This document shows, in pieces, positions 38,740-51,600 of a stretch of DNA of 64,000 bases. Numbering within the stretch: the stretch's first letter is position 1; each line of letters opens with the position of its first letter. Position numbers and translations under genes: made by a program. Origin of the DNA: Octopus sinensis (lineage: Eukaryota); the NCBI RefSeq assembly GCF_006345805.1, contig NC_043006.1:7130001-7194000 (forward strand), given 5' to 3'. The notes beneath the pieces are model-generated. The model had not been told where the DNA came from and did not search any database. It worked only from the letters and a program-made list of their open reading frames with translations.

Positions 38740-39055
38740 AGTCATAGAGTTAGATTTATGAAGGTCTTCAGTAGAAAATCCTTAGAATTCTGACTCGCTG
38801 CTTGATATAATGAAATTCGTATCCATTTTTTGTCAGAATTACAAATTTTGAAAACACAATAGGAACAAATTTCGGAAAAAAATCTCCCATAATTCACGGA
38901 ATTAAAATTACACTTCGATTTTTGTATAAAACTGTAGTTGAAGTGTTTACGAAGTATAATACGTGTTTTCACGAATGTACTAAAGAGATTTGCTCTGATA
39001 TTCTCATTTAAATATGAATAGGTAACTTCGGGCGGCTTGGTAACGAAAGGGTTAA
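38740..39055. mobile_element. Possible piggyBac-like (TTAA) MITE remnant; only one terminus clear
   Basis: Ends GGTAACGAAAGGG-TTAA at 39055; a matching left TIR was not found. Confidence 0.35.
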
Positions 39056-39961
39056 ACGGATGCATACATTTATTAATCTCTTATTATAATAACTATATAT
39101 AAGTGCCGTCTGTTTATACATAAACACTGTTTCATACTGCAATTATATATACATATATCTATATATAATATTATATAATAAAATATATACAGAGTAAAAT
39201 AAAAACCAATTTACCTTTTCTGTCCGTCCGTGTGCCTTTGCAAATGTGTTGGAATGATAAGTGAGTTGTGTTTTGGCGCCTTTTTTAATAACAAACACAC
39301 ACGTGTTTGTATGTAGTTGTATGTGTATGTAGTTGTATGTAGTTGTATATGTATGTGTATGCGTGTGTGTGAGGAATGACACACACACACTCACTCACGC
39401 ACACATGTACATCAATGCTTTCGGAGTGATATGTTAAAATATTGAGTTTTCTCGAATTTTGTCTTAATTGGTGGTAAAATTGAAAGAAATTTTTTATGGC
39501 ATCACCCACTGAAGTACTCTGAAAAATCATGGGTACACTCTAATTGAAGAAATTGTGTGAGGAGTAAATCGTTATGTATTTATTTGTTTCTGTTTGCTGT
39601 GGTTTTTTATTTTTTGAGTAGTGGTTTAAATACTTTCAGTTTAGTCTTCCTCAAATCACTCTGTCGCTATTTACTTTCATTTTATTCGTTGCACACTGTG
39701 TGTGTGCGTTTGCGTGTGGTGTAAACCAGACTAAGAAAAGCATTTGACACACACACCAGAATGTGAGTTTTCTGTAAATTTTGCTTAATTGGAGTTTAAA
39801 TTTTAAAAACTGGACCTGGCATGACCCGATGCATTCTACTCTTAAAAATGCTAGGTAAATTGTAATTGAAGAAATCCTATATTCTAGATTTCTATAACTC
39901 CCGAAGGGAGGCAGATAAAATCTGCCTTTTATAATAAGAGATTAGTTGTATGTATATATAT

Positions 39962-40477
<516 letters not shown>

Positions 40478-40717
40478 ACTCGCCTACGTTTTTTACTGCT
40501 ACTCACTTTGTCCCTTTTTGTCTTCAACATTCCTCTATTGTATGACAAAGAACTTTGGCGGAGGCTTCTTAACTTTTACTCTTTCAATTAATATTTCAAC
40601 CTGGTATTACCCTGATAATATTAAATGCTCTCTTTTGCATTTCATTTGTATTCGTGCTTTGTATATGTAAATATTTTGTATGCTTGTGTAATTATGCGTT
40701 TACAGCATTGGTATATA

Positions 40718-40922
40718 TATTCACATAAAAGATCGTGTACATTAAAACACACTAAGAGGCTTCCAAGTAGGAAAGCCTTGTGCTAGAAAGAGCAGTAGAA
40801 AACTGAAACCACTAATTATGGATAAATTCTCGAACGTTTTGAACCGCTCTTTCTAGCACAAGGCTTTCCTATTTGGAAACCTCTTAATGTGTTTTAATGT
40901 ACACGATATTTTTATGTGAATA
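40718..40922. repeat. Fold-back inverted repeat, ~76-bp arms with ~52-nt spacer
   Basis: 40718-40793 vs reverse complement of 40846-40922, with few mismatches. Confidence 0.9.
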
Positions 40923-40992
40923 ATGTATAGTCTAATGACTAATTTTTTGTGCTAGGCCACTGGTAATAATAATTTCTATAATTCTTATTACC

Positions 40993-41082
<90 letters not shown>

Positions 41083-41924
41083 ATATATGTATATGTATAT
41101 AATGCAATGTTACGTTACCGTAAGATCAGCAAAAAATAATCCATTTGGTGAGAGAGAAATATCATGTAATAAGAGACAATACGTTTTTTATGTGCTACTA
41201 ATAATTTATTGTGCGGAGAACATGACACACAGAGTTTTATTACATGCAAAAATTCGAGCAAGAGAAATAATATTCTTAAGATTATAAACCTGGAAAATTA
41301 CAGGACAAGTTATTACATTTGGAAATGTTCCGGACAGCTTATTACATCTGGTAAAGTACAGAACAAGAAAATATTTACATAAAATATTGCAGCTGAGGAT
41401 AAGAATGTCAAATAAAATATTAGCTTTTATCAAAATTAAATCTTTCATTACAAGCTATTTACTTCTATTTGTTATTACTTGTTACTTCTATTAAAAACAA
41501 AAAAAATAATTCAATTAAAATATTTTTTGCACTTCAAAAAAAATTATTGTTTTTAATTATCAATTAATAATTAGATTCAACATTTGAATTTAATTTGTGT
41601 CAAAATATTTTCGTCGCTTTGAACCCGTGACCTCTTCACCGACAAAACTTCGTGCTGCACAGCCACTCCCGCGCCTGTACTATTCAGCATAATATAAAGA
41701 TGATGGCGTACCAATGAAAGACTACGATTATTTTACTACATGAGCAGAGAATATTTCACGAGAAAAATAATATAATTTACAAATGAGGAATTACAGATTA
41801 TATACGTACATACACATATGTACGACGCCTTTGTGTGCGTAATTCGAAGGTGAGTGGAATAACAAAAAAATAAATATAGACATATATATATATATATAAA
41901 CTTATTTCTTTGTGTATTTATACA

Positions 41925-41957
<33 letters not shown>

Positions 41958-42699
41958 TTAAACTTATTTCTTTGTATATATGACAGTATGCACACGCGCA
42001 CCTCTCTCTCTCACTCTCTCCCTCTCTCCATATATACATACATATGTTTATGTCTGTATGTGTTTTTTGTGTGTGTAGCTTCCGTGTGTACTTGCGAACA
42101 GCTGGGGTTTTTTTTTGTTCATGATCTCCCTTTGATTGATCTTCCAACATTTTGTAGAACATCTCCGTAATATTATTAATCAATAACGAACTATAATACC
42201 AGACATGCATATATATTTTTTCTAGCAAAATTGTACAGTATCTAATGAAGAATATTATAAGTACATGCCTGTAGAACATAGCTCACCTACAAAAAAATTG
42301 TAATTGCTGTTCCAATAGGAAAATGTCGCTGTTCTATTTACTAATGCCATGCTAATTTTGAATTTTTACAAAGTGTCTTTCCAAGTTCTGTATTATATTA
42401 TAAACAACTTTTTGGGAGAAAGGAAAAACGTATACTTAAAGTAAAATCATTAAAAGGGTATAATTTAATAGATTTGCAAAAATCTATGAAAAAATCAGAA
42501 ATGGCGTAAGTATGGCAGCGTTGCAAGGAAAGTAATCTCAAGACAACATATTCCTGACATCCAATAAATATGCTCATGGTAAATTCGCTTTTTTATTATG
42601 AACTGATTCACTTGCCAGGAATTTAAAGAAAGCTCGGTTCATAAATATATATCTGAGAGCATGCGTCTGTCTGAGTGCATATATATATATATATATATG

Positions 42700-42900
42700 T
42701 TGGATCGTTTGCCCCTACACGCATTTTTTTTCTCTCCTTGTTTCTCTCCTTGTTTCTTTTCTGTGTATCTTTCTGTCGAAGAGCGTAGGCTCGAAACGTA
42801 AAAGACTTGTTTTATTTCTATTCATGAGCGCCATACTAATACATTGTTTGTTTGTACTCCACCTGCCTTCGTCTTTTGTTTATTTTCGTAAACCTTCCCG

Positions 42901-42902
<2 letters not shown>
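42700..42902 (+). mobile_element. PLE-type short repeat with variant hammerhead-like motif (42768-42805, CUGUCGA)
   Basis: TCTTT CTGTCGA A GAGC GTAG GCTC GAAA C GTA AAAGA; same family as 27770. Confidence 0.75.
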
Positions 42903-42974
<72 letters not shown>

Positions 42975-42977
<3 letters not shown>

Positions 42978-43165
42978 TTAATCCAAACATGAAAACACAA
43001 AGAGAAAACAATAACGCGAGGATGTGGAGGGCTCTGAGGAAAGGAAATAAATAAGGAGGATCTAACGTTTCCAGCGGATCTCTTCGTCAGAAACATAGAA
43101 AAAGGAAAGGTCCAAGGAAAGGAAGACGGAGAAAAAAGTCGCCAACGATACACACGTGGTCACAT
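42975..43165 (-). mobile_element. Second PLE-type short repeat with decayed canonical hammerhead core (43060-43095)
   Basis: Minus strand TGTTT CTGACGA A GAGATCCGCTG GAAA CGTT AGATC; 3' end runs into the same (TA)n tract as the 42700 element. Confidence 0.6.
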
Positions 43166-43339
43166 AAATAAAAGAAATGGAAAACAAAGCAATAAACTGA
43201 ACAGTTATAAATTCAGTTCAATTTAAATATTTTTTACTAACAAATGATACACCTCATAACTTGCGGTAAATTCTTCGGATATTTAATATTCCTTAGGTGA
43301 TTTTTGCACCTAGCTAAAGTGTTATTTTTATATATATTT

Positions 43340-43523
43340 ATATATAGATAGATAAATATCTAGATAGATAGATAGCTAGTTGGATAGATAGATAGATAAA
43401 TAGATAGACATATAGATAGATAGATAGATAGATAGATAAATGGATAGATAGATAGATAAATAGATAAATAGATAGATAAATAGATAGATAGATGGATAGA
43501 TAGATAGATAAATAGATAGATAA

Positions 43524-43565
<42 letters not shown>

Positions 43566-43600
43566 GGATAGATAGAATGATAGATATATAGATAGATACC
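43340..43600. repeat. (GATA)n microsatellite
   Basis: Directly visible. Confidence 0.95.
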
Positions 43601-43624
43601 ATAGGGGGATTGAAAATTAACTAC

Positions 43625-44155
43625 CTATGGTACCTCACTATGCTGCAAGATGTGATCTGGCCAGTATAAGGGATTAGGAGAATTTTGAAGATTTGATTTT
43701 GTGCCAGAAGGCACCCTTCCACATTTTGCTCTTGTCGTTCGTGAATGTTGGAATTTCCTCTTCCCCGGTAGATGAATAGGTCGTCGTAGTCCAGGCAGGA
43801 ATCTTGACTTAACACCTTGTGATTTCTTTCTTTGTGCTTGGCTAAAGGAACAGGTCTCCTGTACCAAACTGAAAACTTTTACAAGAACTTGTAGGCCGAA
43901 TACAAGACGTTATGTCTCCAATACCACAAAAGATCCTGATGGAGGCGGCGCAAGCAGCGATCCTGATGGAGGCTACTCAAGCAGCGATCCTGATGGAGGC
44001 GACTCAAGCAGCGATCCTGATGGAGGCGACTCAAGCAGCTGGTGTCGAAATCTGGAACCCATATCGAATTTTAAATGAAACCTAATACTAAAAATTACAA
44101 AAAATAGATAATTTGTAAGTATTTTAAAATAAGGAGTCACTTTTCAGTTGCCCTG
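43625..44155 (+). mobile_element. mariner-type transposon 3' relic (DDxD class) with right TIR
   Basis: YLTMLQDVIWP..PHFALVVRE..FPGR*IGRR..DLTPCDFFL.AWLKEQV. Terminus GTCACTTTTCAGTTGCCCTG followed by TA at 44156-57. Confidence 0.8.
43932..44039 (+). repeat. 27-bp minisatellite, 4 copies
   Basis: GATCCTGATGGAGGCGACTCAAGCAGC x4 with 2-3 substitutions and no spacers. Confidence 0.92.
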
Positions 44156-44235
44156 TAGATATAGATACATATGAATATATATAATATATATAATACAAAG
44201 TAAGATAGGGGTTATGGGTGTAACTTGGTTGGCAA

Positions 44236-44745
44236 TCTTTATATATAGAAGTGAAGTTGTGTGTCTGTCTCCTACGATTTAGATTCCTAACTACTCCCAC
44301 ATTTTGTGGTGCAGTGTAACCAAATTCGGGTATCTTATAGTCGTGATTCATATCGAGCCCGTCTGTGTATTAACACGCGTCTACGATGAGTCTACGATTT
44401 TAAAAATAATTTAACATCATTTTTTATTTCATTTTAATGCATAATTTTTCGTGTGTCGATGGCGGCGGAGTTGCCGTCCACGCTCACAGCTGCACCTGTG
44501 TTGCTTTTCCCCCTTCTTCCCTCCCTCGTGAAGCTGTGGGGAAGAGAGTGTAAGGAAATCAACGTCGTAAAGCGTTGTCAAGAAGACCAGCGTTCTTTTA
44601 GAACAACGACTTCATGGCTTGAAGACACCAAAACAGAAATGGCTAAGAAAGCCCGAATTGGCATCTATAAGGGAAGTAACTCTCTAAAAATGCTTATATA
44701 GTTATTTCCCTTACAAACCCGAGCAACGCCGGGCGATACTGCTAG
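44236..44745 (+). mobile_element. Non-autonomous Helitron-like element, longer internal variant
   Basis: A|TCTTTATATATAG ... CCCGAGCAACGCCGGGCGATACTGCTAG|T. Carries a GC-rich segment (~44455-44665) absent from the other copies. Confidence 0.82.
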
Positions 44746-45144
44746 TAATATATATCATACAAAGTAAGATAGGGGTTATGGGTGTAACCTACTATGGGAT
44801 ATCATTTATCCAATATACTGTTGGTAAAGTACCCAAACTCTTAATAATAAATGTTTTTAATTGCAATGCAATTAATTCCTTTATTGTATTAAACGGGTGA
44901 AATAAAGAAATATTTTTACTGTAAATTTATAATACAAGTAAGAAATCGGAGAAACAAATTTAGTTTGTCAATCAACTTACGGATATTATATTGTTAGATT
45001 ATTTATTCATTTTACAAATGAGGACATCAAAAGCATACAAAATATCATTGTTTTTGCTCCTTTTGTTTGAATCTACCCACTTTAATAATTTTATATATAT
45101 GTATATGCACTTTAATAAATTTATATATATATATGTATATATAA

Positions 45145-45507
45145 CTAGCAGTATCGCCCGGCGTTGTTCGGGTTTGTAAAGGAAATAACTATATAAGCAT
45201 TTTTAGAGATGTAAAGTATAATAGCCATCTCAATATGGCTAACCGCAAAGGGGGTGGGTGTTACTGTAGCTTTTTACTTCCCTTATATAAACCGAGCGAA
45301 AATGCATTAAAAATACGGAAAAATTATGGTAATTTGTTTTTTAAATCGTAGACTCATCGTAGACGCGCGCTAATACCCAGAAGGGCTCGATATGAATCAC
45401 GACTATAGGATACCCGGTTTTGGTTACACTGCACCACAAAATGTGGGAGTAGTTAGGAATCTAAATCGTAGGAGACAAACACACAACTTCACTTTTATAT
45501 ATAAAGA
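45145..45507 (-). mobile_element. Non-autonomous Helitron-like element
   Basis: Reverse-complement copy whose 5' end abuts the inverted-repeat element at 45508. Confidence 0.82.
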
Positions 45508-46014
45508 TTGCCAACCAAGTGTGGAGTCCTATGCGGGACAGTGTTACTGGCGTTTATAGCCCCAGGAAAACATCTCTTCCAGCTGGCTAACGACAGACAT
45601 TCTGTGTCCGATTAGTATTTGCTAGGGAAGGTCATCGACACCATCCCTAGCCTTGGTTGACAATTATATGTTATGATTCCGTATTGCCACTCTGTACATC
45701 TCGCTCAGAGATCTAATATAGCATATTTCTCCTTTTTTGAGATCAGCGAGGGTTCGTCGCAGGAAAAAAGTATATGGTATTTTGCGAGTGTGGTGAGTTT
45801 TCATCAAAAGCTGATGATTAACGCACGCTGAGGATGTGTAACCACCCAGAAACTCGAGTCCGTGTATATTACGATGTCCTTTCTTCGCAAATACTAATCG
45901 GACACAGAATGTGTCGTTAGCCAGCTGGGAGAGATGTATTCCTGGGGCTATAAACGCCAATAGCACTGTCCCGTGTAGGACTGTCCCGTATAGGATGCCA
46001 GACTCGGTTGGCAA
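45508..46014 (+). mobile_element. Non-autonomous element with ~115-125-bp terminal inverted repeats and an internal hammerhead
   Basis: 45508-45622 is the imperfect reverse complement of 45887-46014 (TTGCCAACC...GGTTGGCAA). Confidence 0.88.
45823..45865 (+). ncRNA. Putative minimal type-I hammerhead ribozyme, canonical core
   Basis: Stem I GCACG/CGTGT, CTGAGGA (45828-34), stem II TGTG-TAACCA-CCCA (one mismatch), GAAA (45849-52), self-complementary ACTCGAGT stem III, GUC triplet ending 45860. Confidence 0.7.
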
Positions 46015-46194
46015 TAATATATATATATATATATTTGCAAAAAAATATATATATTTGTAACAAAATGGCCATTGATAGAATTTTTTTCGAAAAACTTAAT
46101 CCTACATTAGATATTAATATATATATATATATATATATACACATGTGTGTGTATACATATATAGATATGTATATCAATAGTAATAGTATGAACA

Positions 46195-46335
46195 CAAAAG
46201 AATGAATGAGACCTCGATATTATGTAAATAGAGGAATTTATCCGTAATATAACACGTGACGATTATTCGGTTGCCATAATAAAACTCTGAGGTTCGGCTG
46301 TCGGGACGGATATCTGCTCCGGCATCTCGTTAGCT
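46195..46335 (-). mobile_element. Single copy of the repeat family that forms the 15154 palindrome
   Basis: GAGACCTC.ATATTATGTAAA.AGAGGA.TTTATC...ATAAAACTCTGAG shared with 15121-15210. Confidence 0.6.
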
Positions 46336-46725
46336 AATAACTCTCACATATTGTCACATATTATATTACACACACAAACACACACACACATGGGCGCGCG
46401 GATATATATATATATATATACATACAAACATACATACAGATAAAATTATTAAAGCGAGTACACCTCAACCGAAAGGCACAAATACAATCAAAACTAAAGG
46501 CCAGCAACAGCATTGTTAGAAATAAGAATCAATAAACCTCTTAGCCGCAAGCAGAGCGTTTTCTGTTCAACAGAACACATATGTGTGTATGTATGTATGT
46601 TGTGTGTGCGAGTGTGTGTGGTGTGTGTGTGTGTGTGTGTTTGTGTGTTGTGCGTGTGTGTGTGTTGTGTTAGTGTACAGAGAGCCGAAACCGAAACCAT
46701 GAAGGCACACTACTTACTACAAAGC

Positions 46726-47252
<527 letters not shown>

Positions 47253-48253
47253 TTATATATATATATATATATATATTCAAAATAAGCAACAAATATATCC
47301 GAGGTAATGTGGTACGATCGTTTCGTGCTACTTGTTGCTTATTTTGATTATAATCACCCAATGGATTTATATGGATAATACTATACAAAATTCTGGTGCC
47401 TTTGACTTAAGTACCATATTCATTTGAATCTAAATTTTGCTGAACTTATATATATATATATTCATCTTTAGGGTATTTTAATATTCTTAGGGTATTTTAA
47501 TTACTTTAATTAATACATATCAATGAAGAATGCAACAAGTACCAACAATGTAAATTTTGCATGATACACCTTTCGTTATGCATTCTGTTGTACCTTTGCA
47601 CGTTATTTTGCCACATGTGTCAGAACACACATTCATCGACTGAAACCTATAACTAAAACTATACAATAGAAAGACATGAGGGAAAAAGATAACGTAAAGC
47701 TTTTGTTCAAACCAAATATTTATCGTGTAGATGAAAATACCTGATCAAATCATGGTCTACATTACTGACAGGAGGAATTACAACCGTGTTTCGTGGTCTT
47801 CTACCACGACAACTCCTTTATAGGATCCAGTCAGCTCAAGACATCATCAGGAGGAACCACGTCCGGTTTCGGCCCCTACTCCTCTACCGTTTTGGACGTG
47901 GCGCCTCCCTCCCTTTCGGAGGTGTCTTCAGCTCTGGTGTTGGGTGCATGTCTTCTTTCTTCTGTTCCCTGGCCTCTTCGATGTATTGTCAGCTCCTGCA
48001 GGCAAGCCCAGCAAGTTGTCACGTGACACTTTTTATTACACAAGAAGAGATTAAAATGCTACTAACTCTGATGTTTAAAAATCAACACATGAAATGAAAT
48101 CAAAGTACATTTCCTTTTGACCGGTTTGCTATTTTTCAATTACGCTCACAATACTTCCATGTACATTCTTTTAGTCTCTCCAATACACATTTTTTTTTTG
48201 CGTGTGATAATTTAGGGCATTGAATTTTGTGAAGTTTAGTAATACGGCAAATA

Positions 48254-48457
48254 CTCTCTTTTATTTGTTTCAGTCATTTGGCTGCGGCCATGCTGGAGCG
48301 CCGCCTTTAGTCGAGCAAATCGACCCCAGGACTTATTCTTTTTAAGCCCAGTACTTATTCTATCGGTCCCTTTTTGCCGAACCGCTAAGTTACGGGGACG
48401 TAAACACACCAGCACCGGTTGTCAAGCGATGTTGGGTGGACAAACACAGACACACAA

Positions 48458-48494
<37 letters not shown>

Positions 48495-48667
48495 CATATG
48501 TACGACGGGCTTCTTTCAGCTTCCGTCTACCAAATCCACTCACAAGGCATTGGTCGGCTGGAGGCTATAGTAGAAGACACTTGCCCAAGGTGCCATGCAG
48601 TGGGACTGAACCCGGAACCATGTGGTTGGTGATGAAGCTACTTACCACACATCCACTCCTGCGCCTG
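48254..48667 (-). mobile_element. Family F SINE, full length
   Basis: Reverse complement of the 36456 unit. Confidence 0.9.
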
Positions 48668-51600
48668 TTTTAGAAATATGAAAATATAATTCCTTTTATG
48701 ACAGATACGAATGAAAAAAATCTACGGAGATCTCTACGATTTAACAGAAAACAATTATATTTAATATGTTGGGTGACATTTTAAAATGCTTTTAAGATTT
48801 GTGACACTTTATTAAATTATCCTGTATAGAATTGCGTTGACAAATGGATAAATACATGAATTAAATTAGCTTCAAAGATATAAACGATATTCGTCAGGAA
48901 GGACATTTCCGACAACTGATTTATACTTTATCTATGAATGACATCATGAAATAATATTAAGGCATATTAAATTATCTCAAAAACCACATTTCACTGTATG
49001 GATTTTGTTCTAAGGAGAATTATTTATAGTAGTGTGTAACGAGGAACATATGGAGCTGCTGCTTTTTTTAAATGTATCATCGATAATTTGAGAGACCATT
49101 GACTGATAAAGAGTACTAACAATTCTGATAAGATTTTTAAAACAGTACTCAGAGAAACTTAATCCACTAACATTTCAGTTTTAATACCTCTACCGATTTT
49201 TTAAAATGCAAATTATAATGGACGCAAGCGATAATTCTTAATCTCAGGGCACACGCTGTTTTATCTCCGAGTACTTTAGAGTACGTTTAGTATAATATTC
49301 AACCACTTTGCCTATCATCCACCAAAACTAATATTGTTTAATCGAATATCTGGGTGGGAATTTAATAATTATCATCCTTGATTGCTAAATGGCTTTTAAT
49401 TACACTGTATCTCATTTTCATAATTAAGTTTTCTTTATTATGAAATTTTATTATCATACACTCTTCTCTGCCGCTCTTTCTCTTTCTTCTTTCTCTCTCT
49501 CTCTCTCTCTCTTTCTGTATCTCTCTTTCTATCTTTATCTCTTTATCTTGTAGAGCTACTACAGTGCTCTAAGGAACTATATTTATCGTCGTCCTCTCTT
49601 AATTTGCATTCAAAAGATCAAACCGAAAATTGGACCCATTGATGTTACCCACCAGTCTTATCACTCTCCGCTAATATTAAAGATGTTAAGCTCTTAAATT
49701 TAGGAATGATTTAACAATTAGAATCATGAAACGGAATATATGCTGCTTCATCGCATTAGCAGAATTTCACATCTCACAGACAGGTACGGATTTCTGAGAT
49801 ACCTGGCAAATGTCAACACCCCTAATATTGAATAAAAATTATTCAGGGAATACATAAACAGCGAAGACGTTCCAGGATCAATTCACTCGTGGCAGAATCG
49901 AAACGAGAAGAGTACAAAGTGTTAACTGAAAAAATCTATAAAATATCATAATGACTGAAATTTAATTACGAGAATGGTAGTCAATATAATTGCTTAGCAG
50001 TCAACGGTAATCTTCTGAAGTAAAGCATGTATCACTTTTCGAAATAACTATCGATTCTCTCCCAGTTGATATTTCGTTCAAAATATTTGATATCAAGAAA
50101 AAGGATACGTGTGTGTGGAAGTGGTGAATAATAACGCAAGTGTCCTGTAATACGTGATACGATTTCTCTCAATTCCGAACTAAAAGGTCGTGTACCCAGA
50201 TATTGTATTAAAAAAAAAAACTTTTGCATAGTTATAATTTGTACATTTAACGTTGCTGTAACCGGTTAAAATTTATAGATCAACTGATTTCGTCTGTTTA
50301 ATGATTTAAGATAAGTGAAACCCGTGTTGAAATAAAATAAGTATTGCAAACTCTTAAGTAAGCGTTGATAATATTTATTGTCTCAAGTTTCTGTGTTGTA
50401 ACATTGTGTAAGTACCATACGAGGACAAAGTAGTTTATTATATTCACGAGCAGAACACTCGTCGATAATGAGTGTTTGCAAAGATTGATCATTGTGATAA
50501 TTAGAGTTCACTAAGTTTAGATAATTTCAGACGTCTAATCAACGTTGAAGGTTAGAGCTATCATGATTTACAAGCTCTTACACTTTGTTGTATTTCATTT
50601 GAAATTCTTGATCAGACGTTCAATTACATCATGTTGAACTAGCAGAACGGCTTTAGACGGAAGAGCGGTAGCAGCAGATTAATGGCTATATAAGCTTGAG
50701 CAGGTTTACTGTTCAAATATGTCTTTATGAAAACAACCGCCATCAACTTGCCGTCCCATCCAATCACAATGCAAGTATTGATATTCAATATCTTGTTTCA
50801 GTGCACGAATCAAGTACCGCGGATCGATACTATGCAGTTGTGTAAAAGAATAGAGACAATCGATAACTCCCCACAAAACATTATTAAAAGTGAGTATCAA
50901 AAGCATAAATGAAACTTAATATGTTTTTGTATGATCGGAATTATACAGATAACAAAACAATCCTAAGTATTTAAAAATGGAAATAACAATCTAATGAATT
51001 ATTTCAATTGAATTTGTGGAACTAAGACATCCCAATAATTGAAAACAATAAAATATTATTAATTAATATATATAAGATACTAAAACAATATTCCATTTTC
51101 ATTGTTGTGTATGTTGTCATATGAGTATGCATATAACAGGATTTCCATTTCTTGTCCTACTTTACGTTATATATTAAATAATGTTTATATAAATATCAAG
51201 TAGAAAATAGAATATATATAAGTATTTCAAAATTTCTTATGTTGAACTAAATCGAATTTGTATAGTTTTAGTTTGTTTTTCCCACTCTCGGTTCTGGTTT
51301 TACATTTAGTCGAGATCAACTCCCCCATTCAGGTTCCTGGAGTACAATGTATGCGGCATCTACTATAGAGGACTCTATAGATTTATCCTTGTTACTTGTC
51401 CTCTCGTCACTATGTAAGTAGTCGATAGGTGAATGATTCATGTAAATAATCGATAGCTGTAATTACTCCGACAATAATGAAAACCTACAGGTAAATAAGG
51501 AAAATTACCTGCCGTATGTATTTTATTATTGAATCTGGGTTTAGTCAAGTACATCCATAATTTACCTGGTAAATTATTTAATCGAATGTGCAATGATGAA

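Noticed and set aside
43932-44039. 27-bp repeats as a CRISPR array
   Set aside because: Directly adjacent units with no spacers, in eukaryotic DNA inside a transposon relic.
44236-45507. The two inverted Helitron copies as TIRs of one large DNA transposon or a simple inverted duplication
   Set aside because: Each has its own TC/CTAG ends, and they differ internally by large segments and many substitutions.
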